Source of the DNA: Clostridia bacterium
GTDB lineage: Bacteria > Bacillota > Clostridia > Acetivibrionales > JAFADI01
Assembly: GCA_026417615.1 (NCBI GenBank)
Contig: JAOACY010000033.1
Span: 464-64,463 of the forward strand
DNA length: 64,000 nucleotides
Direction of reading: 5' to 3'
Shown: positions 17,834-27,921 of the stretch, piece after piece
Numbering within the stretch: position 1 is the stretch's first letter
How the letters are laid out: each line of letters begins with the position of its first letter
Translations under genes and position numbers: made by a program
The notes under the pieces: model-generated
Database searches by the model: none
What the model saw: only the letters and a program-made list of their open reading frames with translations
Told to the model about the DNA's origin: nothing

Positions 17834-20776
17834 ATGAGTGAACTTCTGAATAACCTCAAAAATGCATCAAACGAGTATCGTCCCGTACCCTTCTGGTCAT
17901 GGAACGACAAACTGGAGCCTGATATTCTGAAGTGGCAGATCAGGGAAATGAAAAAGGCAGGTTTGGGAGGCTACTTCATGCATGCGCGGAGCGGGCTTAA
18001 AACCCGGTATCTTAGTGAAGAATGGATGGAATGTATCAAGGCATGCATAGAAGAAGGCAAAGCCCTTGGAATGGGAGCCTGGTGCTATGATGAGGAAGGA
18101 TGGCCCAGCGGCTTTGCAGGCGGCATAGTCCCATCCCTTGGAGAAAAATACCATGTCAAATGGCTCGAATTGACGAAATATGACCCGGAAAATACAGTTA
18201 CAGTAGAGAATGCTCTGGGCTTTTACAAAATTAATAATGAAAATATAGCAGTAAGCTATAAAACAAACAAGTGTTATGTAGATATTCTAAGCAGGGAAGT
18301 TGTGGCTGAATTTCTAAAATCCACTCATGAAAAGTACTACAGCCTCTTCAAGGAGGATTTCGGAAATGCAATGCCTGGTTTCTTCACCGATGAACCACAG
18401 TATTCCAGTGGAAGGATACCCTGGTCCGAGGTAATTCCCTCTTCCTTCCTAAATGCGTATGGTTATGATTTGCTTGAGTCCCTTCCTGCACTCTTTCTGG
18501 AATGTGAAGGTTATGAAAGGATCAGGTATGATTTCTGGAAGCTGGTCAACGAGCTGTACACCAATTCCTTCATGAAGCAGATTTATGACTGGTGCAATGA
18601 GCATGGCTGCAAGCTCACAGGTCATGTGATGGCTGAGGAAGGCCTGCATGGTCAGATGTATGCAACCGCCGGAGTTATGCCATCCTACCAATACATGCAC
18701 ATTCCGGGAATAGACTGGCTTGGCAGAAAAATCAGCAGCCCCCTTTCACCCAAGCAGGTAGCTTCTGTTGCACATCAACTTGGAAAAAAGCTGGTGCTTA
18801 CCGAAACTTTTGCATTATGCGGCTGGGATGTCAGCTTTGAGGAGCTTAAATGGATAGCGGAATTCCAGTATGTTAACGGCGTAAACCTCATGTGCCAGCA
18901 CCTTGAAGGGTATTCCCTGAAAGGCATAAGAAAGCGCGACTATCCACCCTCTATGTTTTATCAGCAGCCTTGGTGGAGAGAATACGCACTCTTTAATGAC
19001 TACTTCACAAGGCTTGGAGTTCTTCTGACAAGCGGCAAGTATCAGGCTGAGGTTCTTTTGCTGCACCCCGTCAGAAGTGCATGGCTTACTTACAACGGAA
19101 CAGCAAATCAGGATCTGAAATGGCTTGATGATGAGTTTTTCAAAGCTGTGGAGACCCTTTCGGGACTGCATGCAGACTATCACCTGGGGGACGAGGAGAT
19201 AATGAAAAAGCACGGCAGGGTGGAAGACGGCAGGTTAATAGTGGGCCAGTGCGCATACAAGGCTGTAGTGCTACCTTCTATGGTTACCATAGATGCATCA
19301 ACCCTTGGTCTCCTGAAGGAATTTGTATCCGCAGGCGGTAAGGTCATAAGCATAGGTAAGCTTCCGGAGTACTGTGAGGGAAGAAAAAGCGAGGAAACTG
19401 ATTGGCTCAAAAGCAACACCATTTGTACAGACACCGATACAAAAGCACTAAAACAATTTATTCAAGAAACAGGTGCCTCAAATATTGACATAATGTCAGA
19501 CGGAGTGGAAGTTAATTGCATACATTATATGCAAAGGCTTGTGGAAGATACGCAGGTGCTTTATCTTGTAAATCATGACAACGAAAAATCATATGCCACA
19601 CAGGTTACTCTAAGAGCGGATGGCTCAGTATGCTCACTGGATGTTTTGAGCTTGGAAAAGAAAGCTCTGCAATATTCACAGCAAGGAGGCTTCCTAACCT
19701 TCCCCCTTGATTTTGAGCCCATGCAGTCTCATGTCATATTGATTGAAAGCCATAGCGGCATAATGCACACAGAAGCCGCCGGCATGAAAATAAAACCTGG
19801 CACACACTGGAAAATTGAAAAAATGGATCTCAACGCTCTTACTCTGGACTACTGCAGCTACAGCATTGACGGAGGAAGCTGGAACGAGCCAGTCCCAGTA
19901 ATACAACTGATGGATAAGCTTCTTGAAATGAAAAGAAGCTGTGATATTGCAATGGGGTTTGATTTTGAAATAGATATGGACTTAAGTCTCTTGAAAGAAT
20001 TCTACCTTGTAATGGAGGATGCTGAAAATTTTGAAATTAATATAAACGGAACTGAAATAAAATATACCGATATTGGATACTGGAAGGATATATCCTTTAA
20101 GAAAATTGATATAAGGCAGCATTTAATTAACGGCTCCAACCATATTATTCTAAGAAGGAGATTCTATCAATCCCCCAAGGTTTATGAGGCGCTTTTCGGT
20201 GAAAACATCCTTGAAACGGAAACAAACAAGCTTACATACGATGTTGAACTGGAAAGCATATATCTTGTCGGAAACTTCGGAGTTAAAAGCAAATCCAGTT
20301 ATACCTCGGGAGACAGAAAGGCTTTATTTACAAAAGGGCCTTTTGTGATAACTGACAGCCCATGCATTGTAACCGGAAGCGACTTGACACAGCAAGGCTT
20401 GTGTTTCTTTTCAGGTTCCATAACCCTTGGTCAGGAGATCATTGTACCGGACACACCGGATAATATTGTTCTGGACCTAGGGCATCCAAAGGCCGCCATG
20501 TGCAAGGCATATTTGAATGGAGTGACTGTAAAGCCGCTTTTTTGGGCGCCATATAAAATAGATATAACAGGGTATGTAAAGCCGGGAACAAACAAGCTGG
20601 AGGTACAGCTTTTTTCCGGAAACAGAAACCTGTTGGGACCACATCATCACAAACGCGGCGAGCTTTACGCCGTTTGCCCAACAAGCTTCGGCTTTAAAAA
20701 AGGCTGGGGGGAAGAAGACATGGATGACCAGTGGACTGACACATACTGCTTTGTGGAATTCGGCATGGGAGAATAA
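17834..20776 (+). CDS. Large intracellular glycoside hydrolase (GH106-like / jelly-roll glycosyl hydrolase family)
   Basis: 980 aa with no signal peptide. The N-terminal YRPVPFWSWNDKLEPDILKWQIREMKKAGLGGYFMHARSGL pattern is one I associate with GH106-related hydrolases. RBS AGGAG at 17818-17822. Confidence 0.6.
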   Translation: MSELLNNLKNASNEYRPVPFWSWNDKLEPDILKWQIREMKKAGLGGYFMHARSGLKTRYLSEEWMECIKACIEEGKALGMGAWCYDEEGWPSGFAGGIVPSLGEKYHVKWLELTKYDPENTVTVENALGFYKINNENIAVSYKTNKCYVDILSREVVAEFLKSTHEKYYSLFKEDFGNAMPGFFTDEPQYSSGRIPWSEVIPSSFLNAYGYDLLESLPALFLECEGYERIRYDFWKLVNELYTNSFMKQIYDWCNEHGCKLTGHVMAEEGLHGQMYATAGVMPSYQYMHIPGIDWLGRKISSPLSPKQVASVAHQLGKKLVLTETFALCGWDVSFEELKWIAEFQYVNGVNLMCQHLEGYSLKGIRKRDYPPSMFYQQPWWREYALFNDYFTRLGVLLTSGKYQAEVLLLHPVRSAWLTYNGTANQDLKWLDDEFFKAVETLSGLHADYHLGDEEIMKKHGRVEDGRLIVGQCAYKAVVLPSMVTIDASTLGLLKEFVSAGGKVISIGKLPEYCEGRKSEETDWLKSNTICTDTDTKALKQFIQETGASNIDIMSDGVEVNCIHYMQRLVEDTQVLYLVNHDNEKSYATQVTLRADGSVCSLDVLSLEKKALQYSQQGGFLTFPLDFEPMQSHVILIESHSGIMHTEAAGMKIKPGTHWKIEKMDLNALTLDYCSYSIDGGSWNEPVPVIQLMDKLLEMKRSCDIAMGFDFEIDMDLSLLKEFYLVMEDAENFEININGTEIKYTDIGYWKDISFKKIDIRQHLINGSNHIILRRRFYQSPKVYEALFGENILETETNKLTYDVELESIYLVGNFGVKSKSSYTSGDRKALFTKGPFVITDSPCIVTGSDLTQQGLCFFSGSITLGQEIIVPDTPDNIVLDLGHPKAAMCKAYLNGVTVKPLFWAPYKIDITGYVKPGTNKLEVQLFSGNRNLLGPHHHKRGELYAVCPTSFGFKKGWGEEDMDDQWTDTYCFVEFGMGE

Positions 20777-20823
20777 GCAAATAAATCACTATGTTAATAC
20801 TACAGCGTAAATATGTCAGAATT

Positions 20824-21579
20824 CTATGATCCCTCAAGCCTGAAGAGGAATACCGCTATTCCAAGAACTATAGTAGCAAACACCCCCAGAAATCCGAGAT
20901 TGGCCCATATGGAGTTGTCGGGAGTAAGGCCCAGCATTACGGGACGCACTAAATCCACACAATAATATACCGGGTTTACCCGTGTTAAAATTTTAATCCA
21001 CACTGGAACATGATTTATGGGATACATGGCTCCGCTCAGAAAAAACATAGGCATCACCACAAAATTGTTCATTACACCGAAGCCTTCAAAGGAACGCATT
21101 CTGACGGCAATAAGTATCCCAAGGGCGGTGATGCAGAAGGAAATCAGGAACATGCAGCAAAGCGTCAGCGTCAGCTGAGCTATGCTAAGCCTTATACCTA
21201 TGAAAGGGTAAAACACCAGCACAATGAGTCCTTGAATAGTGGACATAATGCTTCCTCCCAGAGTTTTACCCACCGCTATGGAGATTCTGGATACCGGAGC
21301 CACCAGTATTTCTTTAAGAAAGCCGAACTCCCTGTCCCAGATGATGGAAGTACCTGCCATAATAGAAGCAAACAATATATTCATCACAAGAATCCCGGGA
21401 AATATATAGTGAATATAATCCACTCCGGCCACTCCTCCAAAAGACCCTCTGAGCCCAGTCCCCAGAAGAAAGAGCCATACTACGGGCCTTGCAATGGAGC
21501 CAAAGAGCCTGCTTTTCTCACGCAGCCCACGGATTACCTCTCTTGTCGCAATTACTAAGCTATCTGAAACTCCCGTCAT
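20824..21579 (-). CDS. ABC-2 type transporter permease
   Basis: 251 aa polytopic membrane protein directly downstream of a DrrA-like ATPase. Confidence 0.8.
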   Translation of the reverse strand: MTGVSDSLVIATREVIRGLREKSRLFGSIARPVVWLFLLGTGLRGSFGGVAGVDYIHYIFPGILVMNILFASIMAGTSIIWDREFGFLKEILVAPVSRISIAVGKTLGGSIMSTIQGLIVLVFYPFIGIRLSIAQLTLTLCCMFLISFCITALGILIAVRMRSFEGFGVMNNFVVMPMFFLSGAMYPINHVPVWIKILTRVNPVYYCVDLVRPVMLGLTPDNSIWANLGFLGVFATIVLGIAVFLFRLEGS

Positions 21580-21585
21580 AATTTT

Positions 21586-22572
21586 CTATGCCTCCTTCCT
21601 CATTTTCATAAAATTCTTTGTCCTGTCCCGGTGCGCATTTCCTTCCTCTTCACGTATCTTTCTGCCAGTAAGCTTTATAAATACATCCTCCAGTGTAGTC
21701 TTCTTCACGTCTATTTCCCTTATTTCATCTCCAAATTTCTCGAACAGGGTTGGAATGGATTTCCCGCTATCAGAAAGAATTATCCTTATTGTTTCATTGT
21801 CAATTATCTCACACTGAAGGCCAGGGTTAACATCTAGCTGAGATTTAATGCCTGAAGGATTGCCGGTTTTTATAGTCACTACATCTCCCCCAACCATCCG
21901 TTTTAGATTGCCTGGCGTATCCAGGGCAATTATTCTGCCCTGGTCCATTATAGCTATTCTGCTGCATATCTCAGCTTCTTCCATATAGTGGGTGGTAAGA
22001 AACATGGTCATGCCCTTTTTTGTGCGAAGTTCACCGATATACTCCCATACCTGCTTGCGAGTCTGAGGGTCAAGGCCTATGGTAGGCTCATCCAAGAAAA
22101 GAAGCCTGGGTGCATGCAGCATACCTCTGGCAATTTCCACCCTCCTTTTCATACCCCCGGAAAGAGTTCTTACCAGGCTATTGCCCCTTTCACTCATATC
22201 CACCAGCTCCAAGGCCTCTTCAATTCTTTCCTTTATCAGCCTGCCGGGTACATGGTACAGCTTTGCATGAAAATACAGATTTTCAACAACCGTCAGATTA
22301 TTATCCAGGCTTGGATCCTGAAATATGATTCCCACAGACTCCCTCACCCTGTGAGGCTGTGACAGGGTATTGTAACCATTTATATGCACGCTGCCTTCAT
22401 TTTGCTTAAGTATAGTGCATAGCAGCTTGATTGTGGTGGATTTCCCTGCACCGTTAGGGCCAAGAAATCCGAATATTTCTCCTTCCTCCACATTGAAGCC
22501 TGCTTTGTTTACAGCTATTATGCTTTCAAATTTTTTCACCAGTCCACACACTTCAATAATATTTTTACTCAT
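21586..22572 (-). CDS. ABC transporter ATP-binding protein (DrrA-like exporter ATPase)
   Basis: Walker A GPNGAGKST, signature LSGGMKRR, Walker B LLFLDEPT. Confidence 0.9.
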   Translation of the reverse strand: MSKNIIEVCGLVKKFESIIAVNKAGFNVEEGEIFGFLGPNGAGKSTTIKLLCTILKQNEGSVHINGYNTLSQPHRVRESVGIIFQDPSLDNNLTVVENLYFHAKLYHVPGRLIKERIEEALELVDMSERGNSLVRTLSGGMKRRVEIARGMLHAPRLLFLDEPTIGLDPQTRKQVWEYIGELRTKKGMTMFLTTHYMEEAEICSRIAIMDQGRIIALDTPGNLKRMVGGDVVTIKTGNPSGIKSQLDVNPGLQCEIIDNETIRIILSDSGKSIPTLFEKFGDEIREIDVKKTTLEDVFIKLTGRKIREEEGNAHRDRTKNFMKMRKEA

Positions 22573-22996
22573 CGTTCACCTGCACCTCCAGTTCCTCCAG
22601 CTTATCAAGCAGCTTATACAGCATTTCCTTTTCCTCTTCGTCCAGCACCGACAACAATTTATCAATAAATTGCCTGTGTGCAGGCACAACCGTCCTTTTT
22701 AGTGCAACCCCTTGAGGAGTCAGCCTGACAAAAATCATCCTCCTGTCATCCTCGTCCCTGTATCTTAAGACCAGAGTCTTTTTCTCCATATTATCAATCA
22801 AGGCGGTTATGTTGCTGTTCACTCTCAGAAGGCGACCGCTAAGCTCTGATAAGGTAAGCATCCCATCCTCATCCAGATTGCGCAGCACGCCGTATTCAGC
22901 CCCTGACAATCCGAATTTCTCCAGATGGCTCCTGGAAATTTTCATTAGCTTTTCTACAGTCACCACAAGTTTTCTGAAAACCTCAAAACCATCCAA
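22565..22996 (-). CDS. MarR-family transcriptional regulator
   Basis: 143 aa winged-helix pattern (LSGAEYGVLRNL...LTLSELSGRLLRVNSNITALIDNMEKK). Overlaps the ATPase start by 8 nt. Confidence 0.85.
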   Translation of the reverse strand: MDGFEVFRKLVVTVEKLMKISRSHLEKFGLSGAEYGVLRNLDEDGMLTLSELSGRLLRVNSNITALIDNMEKKTLVLRYRDEDDRRMIFVRLTPQGVALKRTVVPAHRQFIDKLLSVLDEEEKEMLYKLLDKLEELEVQVNDE

Positions 22997-23112
22997 GCTA
23001 ACACCATCTCCCTGTTTTTAATAATATTATATTATTCAACTTTGAATATTTCAATGCTGAAATTTTTATTGCTGCACCCCTTCTTCAGCATCAATTGTAT
23101 TATTTGTAAGCA

Positions 23113-23198
23113 AGATTTCATAGTAAAAACAGCTTCTTTTGAGGATTCCATCAAAGTTTTCCGAAATGGGTTTTTGTAGTGGAATGGTGTGTTAATTT
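23113..23198. repeat. Family-1 element, short copy B (ends retained, centre missing)
   Basis: AAAAACAGCTTCTTTTGA (23125-23142) matches A 17614-17631. GGATTCCATCAAAGTTTTCCGAAATGGGTTTTTGTAGTGGAATGGTGTGTTAATTT is about 75% identical to A 17760-17816. Confidence 0.6.
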
Positions 23199-23299
23199 TC
23201 TTATTATTTTATCATTTCAAAGCGTTGAGATTGCTCCCAATTTAGAATATAATTGGTTTCATAAGCCACAAAGGCTAAGTTTCAAATGGAGGTTGTCGT

Positions 23300-24100
23300 A
23301 TGATAATTATCGGTGAAAAAATAAATAGTACACTCAAAGCTGTACGTCCTGCTATAGAGAATAATGATGCCGCTTTCATTCAGGATCTAGCAAAAAGGCA
23401 GTATGATGCCGGAGCAGCGTATATTGATGTTAACGCAGGCATGTTCCATGATTGTGAAGCAGAAAAAGTAGATTGGCTGATAAATACTATACAGGACGCC
23501 ATAGATGCTCCATTTTCAATAGATTCACCTAATTCCGCAGCTCTCGAAAGCGGCCTGAAGGCAAATAAAAACGGCAAGCCAATCATTAACTCCATAACTG
23601 ATGAAAAGGACAGATATAACTCTGTCTTACCGCTTGTTATCAAATATAACACCGCAATTATTGCTCTGTGTATGGATGACAACGGCATGCCTGAAACAGT
23701 AGACGAAAGGGTAACCATTGCTGACAGGCTTATTTCCAAGCTTACAAAAGAAGGCGTTGCTCTGGCAGACATATATATCGACCCAATGGTTCGCCCTGTA
23801 GGAACGGGCTCCCACTATGGAGTTGTGGCAATCGAGACCATAAGAAAGGTTAAGGCTGAGTTCCCTCAAGCCCACATAGCCTGCGGCCTGAGCAATATCT
23901 CCTTCGGAATCCCCGCAAGAAAGCTTATGAACCAGGCTTTTCTCATCGCTGCCATAGGCGCTGGAATGGACGGAGCCATAATGGATCCTCTGGACAGAAG
24001 GCTCATGTCCTTCGTGTACACAGCCGAAGCCTTGTTTGGACTTGACAATTTCTGCATGAACTATCTCATGAAGTTCAGAGAAGGACTGCTTGAGGTATAA
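23300..24100 (+). CDS. Methyltetrahydrofolate:corrinoid methyltransferase (pterin-binding, MeTr/AcsE-like)
   Basis: 266 aa. IIGEKINST..., IDVNAG, INSIT and CGLSNISFGIP motifs of the pterin-binding TIM barrel. Confidence 0.85.
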   Translation: MIIIGEKINSTLKAVRPAIENNDAAFIQDLAKRQYDAGAAYIDVNAGMFHDCEAEKVDWLINTIQDAIDAPFSIDSPNSAALESGLKANKNGKPIINSITDEKDRYNSVLPLVIKYNTAIIALCMDDNGMPETVDERVTIADRLISKLTKEGVALADIYIDPMVRPVGTGSHYGVVAIETIRKVKAEFPQAHIACGLSNISFGIPARKLMNQAFLIAAIGAGMDGAIMDPLDRRLMSFVYTAEALFGLDNFCMNYLMKFREGLLEV

Positions 24101-24137
24101 AAACTAAAAAACAAGGAAGAAAGAAATAACTTGTGTA

Positions 24138-24168
24138 AAGAGCTGCAGCTTTGAAAACTGCAGCTCTT
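24138..24168. terminator. Bidirectional terminator between convergent genes
   Basis: AAGAGCTGCAG-ctttgaaaa-CTGCAGCTCTT: 11-bp perfect stem. Confidence 0.7.
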
Positions 24169-24198
24169 ATTGCTAATTTATGTTTTTTTGCAGGAAAA

Positions 24199-25425
24199 TT
24201 AACGCAATATAATCTTGTGATAAACCTTCTTGCCTTTTCTGATAATCAGCTGATCGTTTTCAAACTTTTCTGCTGTTAAAATAAAGTCGAAGGACACAAC
24301 CTTGTCCTCTCCTATGTATACTCCACCCTGCTCAATAAGCCTGCGCCCTTCAGCCTTTGAAGGTATCAGCTTTGCCTTCAGCATTATGTCAAGAATAGCC
24401 ATGCCTTCGGCAAATTCCTCCTTTGATATTTCTGTGGAAGGCATGTCAGCGGCGGCTCCACCCTGACCAAAAAGGGCTTCAGCCGCTATTTTTGCTTTCA
24501 TGGCTTCTTCCTCACCGTGAACAAGCTTTGTCACCTCATATGCGAGTATCTTTTTTGCTTCGTTTATTTCCTGATCCTTTAACTGCGCTAGCCTGTTTAT
24601 CTCTTGAATAGGCAGAAATGTCAGAAGCTTCAGGCACTTTACCACGTCTGCATCGTTGACATTTCTCCAATATTGGTAGAACTCATACGGAGAAGTCTTT
24701 GAGGGATCAAGCCATAATGCCCCCTTCTCCGTTTTGCCCATCTTTTTCCCCTCACTGGTTGTGAGCAGGCTGAAGGTCATCCCATAGGACGGCTTGCCCT
24801 CAACCCTTCTGATCAGCTCAATTCCGCCTATTATATTTGACCATTGGTCGTCTCCCCCCAGCTGCAGGTTGCAGCCATACATCTGGAAAAGCTTTAAAAA
24901 GTCGTAGCTCTGCATCAGCATGTAGTTGAATTCAATGAAAGTAAGCCCTTTTTCAAGTCTTGACTTGTAGCACTCTGCCGTCAGCATCCTGTTTACAGAA
25001 AAGTGAGCCCCCACTTCTCTGAGAAAGCTGACATAGTTCAGCTCTAAAAGCCAGTCTGCGTTATTGACCATTATGGCCTTTCCGTCACTGAAATCAATAA
25101 ATTTGGAAAGCTGAACCTTAAAGCGCTCTGCATTATGGTTGATGTCCTCTCTGGTCATCATTTTCCTCATGTCGGTTTTCCCTGAAGGATCCCCAACCAT
25201 GGCTGTTCCTCCGCCCAGGATTGCAATTGGCCTGTGTCCTGCCCTCTGCATATGCGCCATTGCCATCATAGGCACAAAGTGCCCTACATGAAGGCTGTCT
25301 GCCGTAGGGTCAAAGCCTACATAAAAGGTAACTTTCTCTTTTCCCAGCAGCTCCCTGACTTCCTCCTCATGGGTAACCTGGGCTATAACTCCTCTTTCCT
25401 TAAGTGCATCATAAACATTAGTCAT
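24199..25425 (-). CDS. tyrS: Tyrosine--tRNA ligase
   Basis: HIGH-type SLHVGHF, KMSKS-type KKMGKT and a C-terminal S4-like domain. I prefer ATG 25425 (GGAGG 8 nt upstream) over the GTG at 25428. Confidence 0.95.
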   Translation of the reverse strand: MTNVYDALKERGVIAQVTHEEEVRELLGKEKVTFYVGFDPTADSLHVGHFVPMMAMAHMQRAGHRPIAILGGGTAMVGDPSGKTDMRKMMTREDINHNAERFKVQLSKFIDFSDGKAIMVNNADWLLELNYVSFLREVGAHFSVNRMLTAECYKSRLEKGLTFIEFNYMLMQSYDFLKLFQMYGCNLQLGGDDQWSNIIGGIELIRRVEGKPSYGMTFSLLTTSEGKKMGKTEKGALWLDPSKTSPYEFYQYWRNVNDADVVKCLKLLTFLPIQEINRLAQLKDQEINEAKKILAYEVTKLVHGEEEAMKAKIAAEALFGQGGAAADMPSTEISKEEFAEGMAILDIMLKAKLIPSKAEGRRLIEQGGVYIGEDKVVSFDFILTAEKFENDQLIIRKGKKVYHKIILR

Positions 25426-25476
25426 CACATTTTCCTCCAGTAACCGTTTCGGAGCACTCCTTTGTTCACTAGGCTT

Positions 25477-26712
25477 TTACAGCTTCAGACGGGTCTTGAA
25501 CCTCTCGACTGCTTCCTCCGTATTCTTCCTGCTTCCAAAGGCAGTAAGCCTGAAGTAGCCCTGACCGCTTGGTCCGAAGCCTGCCCCGGGAGTTCCGACA
25601 ATATTCGCTTCATTCAGCAGCTTGTCGAAGAAGCTCCAGGAATCCATGCCATTGGGTGCCTTAAGCCAGATATATGGGGCGTTTATTCCTCCGTAAACCT
25701 CTATGCCAATAGCCTTTAAGCCTTCTCTGATTATAGCTGCATTTGTCATATAGAAATCCACAAGCTCTTTTACCTGCTTCTGCCCCTCGGGAGAATAGAC
25801 AGCTTCAGCACCTCTTTGGACAATATAGGAAACTCCGTTGAACTTTGTTGCCTGCCTTCTGTACCACAGTCTGTTCAACCCAAAGGCTTCACCCGTTGAG
25901 GAATAAGCTTTAACCTCTTTTGGTATTATTGTATAAGCACACCTCGTACCTGTAAAACCTGCTGTCTTTGAGAAGCTTCTGAACTCAATCGCAACCTCTT
26001 TGGCGCCTTCTACTTCATATATGCTGTGAGGGACGTTGTTTTCATGAATAAAAGCTTCGTATGCCGAGTCAAAAAGGATTATGGAATTGTTCTGCCTTGC
26101 ATAATCCACCCACACCTTCAGCTGGTCCTTTGTCAAGGTCATACCTGTAGGATTGTTGGGGAAGCAAAGGTAAATCAGATCTACCCTCGACTTTGGGAGC
26201 TCGGGTACAAAACCATTTTCTGCAGTACATGGAAGGTATGTAATGCTGCTCCATCTTCCGTCCTGTCCATAGACACCTGTTCTTCCGGCCATTACATTGC
26301 TGTCAACATATACGGGATATACAGGGTCAGTAACTGCAATGGTGCAGTCAAGTCCGAAAAGCTCCTGAATATTGGCTGTATCGCTCTTTGCGCCGTCACT
26401 TACGAATACCTCGTCCCTTTCGATATTGATGCCTCTTGCTTTGTAATCAACCTCAATAATTTTATTAATCAGGAAGTCATAACCTTCATACTCCGGGTAT
26501 CCTTTAAAGGTTTCCTCCCTGCCCATATCGTCCACAGCCTTGTGCATTGCCTCAATGCACGCCTGCGGAAGGGGCTTTGTAACATCACCTATGCCAAGCC
26601 GTATGACATTGGCTTCGGGATTTGCGCTTTTATACGCTGCAACCCTCTTTCCGATTTCTGCAAATAAATAATTTCCCGGTAATTTCAAATGATTCTCGTT
26701 TACTCTTGCCAT
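25477..26712 (-). CDS. dapL: LL-diaminopimelate aminotransferase
   Basis: 411 aa. [17 protein letters not shown]-terminus and the PLP-lysine motif [13 protein letters not shown]. Confidence 0.9.
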   Translation of the reverse strand: MARVNENHLKLPGNYLFAEIGKRVAAYKSANPEANVIRLGIGDVTKPLPQACIEAMHKAVDDMGREETFKGYPEYEGYDFLINKIIEVDYKARGINIERDEVFVSDGAKSDTANIQELFGLDCTIAVTDPVYPVYVDSNVMAGRTGVYGQDGRWSSITYLPCTAENGFVPELPKSRVDLIYLCFPNNPTGMTLTKDQLKVWVDYARQNNSIILFDSAYEAFIHENNVPHSIYEVEGAKEVAIEFRSFSKTAGFTGTRCAYTIIPKEVKAYSSTGEAFGLNRLWYRRQATKFNGVSYIVQRGAEAVYSPEGQKQVKELVDFYMTNAAIIREGLKAIGIEVYGGINAPYIWLKAPNGMDSWSFFDKLLNEANIVGTPGAGFGPSGQGYFRLTAFGSRKNTEEAVERFKTRLKL

Positions 26713-26742
26713 TTTTTTATCTCCTTTTGAATAATGTCCCTT

Positions 26743-27576
26743 TTATATATTGATAATGCCTTCAAAAACTGTCACTGCGGGGCCGGTCATGTAAACATGA
26801 TTGTCATCTTCATTCCACTCGATAAGCAAGTCTCCCCCAAGAAGCTTAACCCAAGCCTTTCTTTCACTCAAACCGTTCAGCACTGACGCTACCAATACAG
26901 CACATGCGCCTGTTCCGCAAGCCAAGGTCTCTCCCGCGCCTCTTTCCCAAACCCTCATTTTAAGATTGCTTCTGTCAATTACCTGCACAAATTCTGCGTT
27001 TATTTTCCTCGGAAAAAGTGTATGGGTTTCCATTTTCGGGCCAACATTCTGAAGAGGAAATGCCATTACGTCATCTACATATGTAACCGCATGGGGATTT
27101 CCCATTGAAACACAGGTAACCTTGTATTCCTTATTATCAACTACCACCGGTTCGGATACAAATATGTCCTTGTCGCTGTTAACAGGCACATCCTTTGGTT
27201 TTAGTATTGGTACTCCCATATCAACCTTCACAAGAGTAACCTTGCCGTATTCAACTGTCATTTCAAGGGTTTTAATTCCTGCCAGAGTTTCTACCCTGAC
27301 ATTGGTTTTGTCAGTCATTCCATTGTCATATACATATTTGCCGACACATCTGATAGCATTCCCGCACATTTCTGCCTCAGAACCGTCGGAATTGAACATC
27401 CTCATTCTGAAATCCGCAATATCCGAAGGCATTATAAGCACCAGTCCGTCGGAGCCTATTCCGAAATGCCTGTCGCTGACAAGCTTCGCAACCTCTGAAG
27501 GATTGTCAAGCTTTTCCTCGAAGCAGTTAACATATATATAGTCGTTACCCAGCCCCTGCATTTTCGTAAACTTCAT
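26743..27576 (-). CDS. dapF: Diaminopimelate epimerase
   Basis: [19 protein letters not shown] and LACGTGACA catalytic-cysteine motifs. Confidence 0.95.
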   Translation of the reverse strand: MKFTKMQGLGNDYIYVNCFEEKLDNPSEVAKLVSDRHFGIGSDGLVLIMPSDIADFRMRMFNSDGSEAEMCGNAIRCVGKYVYDNGMTDKTNVRVETLAGIKTLEMTVEYGKVTLVKVDMGVPILKPKDVPVNSDKDIFVSEPVVVDNKEYKVTCVSMGNPHAVTYVDDVMAFPLQNVGPKMETHTLFPRKINAEFVQVIDRSNLKMRVWERGAGETLACGTGACAVLVASVLNGLSERKAWVKLLGGDLLIEWNEDDNHVYMTGPAVTVFEGIINI

Positions 27577-27617
27577 TTTGCAACCTCCCGTTATGCAACT
27601 TGCATTTTACCAGTATT

Positions 27618-27645
27618 ATTATAACATACAATCCGCTTATTTCAA
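27618..27645 (-). promoter_or_regulatory. Sigma-A-type promoter of dapF-dapL-tyrS
   Basis: Minus strand reads TTGAAA-16 nt-TATAAT, with a TGT extended -10, about 40 nt upstream of the dapF ATG. Confidence 0.6.
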
Positions 27646-27685
27646 TTTTTTCTCTTCGATTTATATATAGTTTGTTTTAATATAT

Positions 27686-27882
27686 TAACCACGATAAATA
27701 TATTACATGGAAAAAGTTATTGGGCAAAGGCGATTTCACCGACCCGTAAGGAATACATCTTAAGAAAAGTGAATTCATGCTCGAACCCTAAAGAAATTTC
27801 CCTCGAATTCATCTTTTCGATGCTGTTGAAATGCCTTTGAACAATCACTTTTCTCCCAATGTAAGCTATTTATCGTAACCTA
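27686..27882. repeat. Family-2 long imperfect palindromic intergenic element, full-length copy C
   Basis: The left arm AACCACGATAAATATATTACATGG..ATTGGGCAAAGGCGATTTCACC..GAAAAGTGAATTC matches the reverse complement of the right arm GAATTCATCTTTTC..GTTGAAATGCCTTTGAACAAT..CCAATGTAAGCTATTTATCGTAACC. Confidence 0.7.
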
Positions 27883-27893
27883 TATAGATAATG

Positions 27894-27921
27894 TTGACAA
27901 GTACACGCAAAAATATAAAAT
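27894..27921 (+). promoter_or_regulatory. Candidate promoter of the gtrA-like gene
   Basis: TTGACA-16 nt-TAAAAT. Confidence 0.5.
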
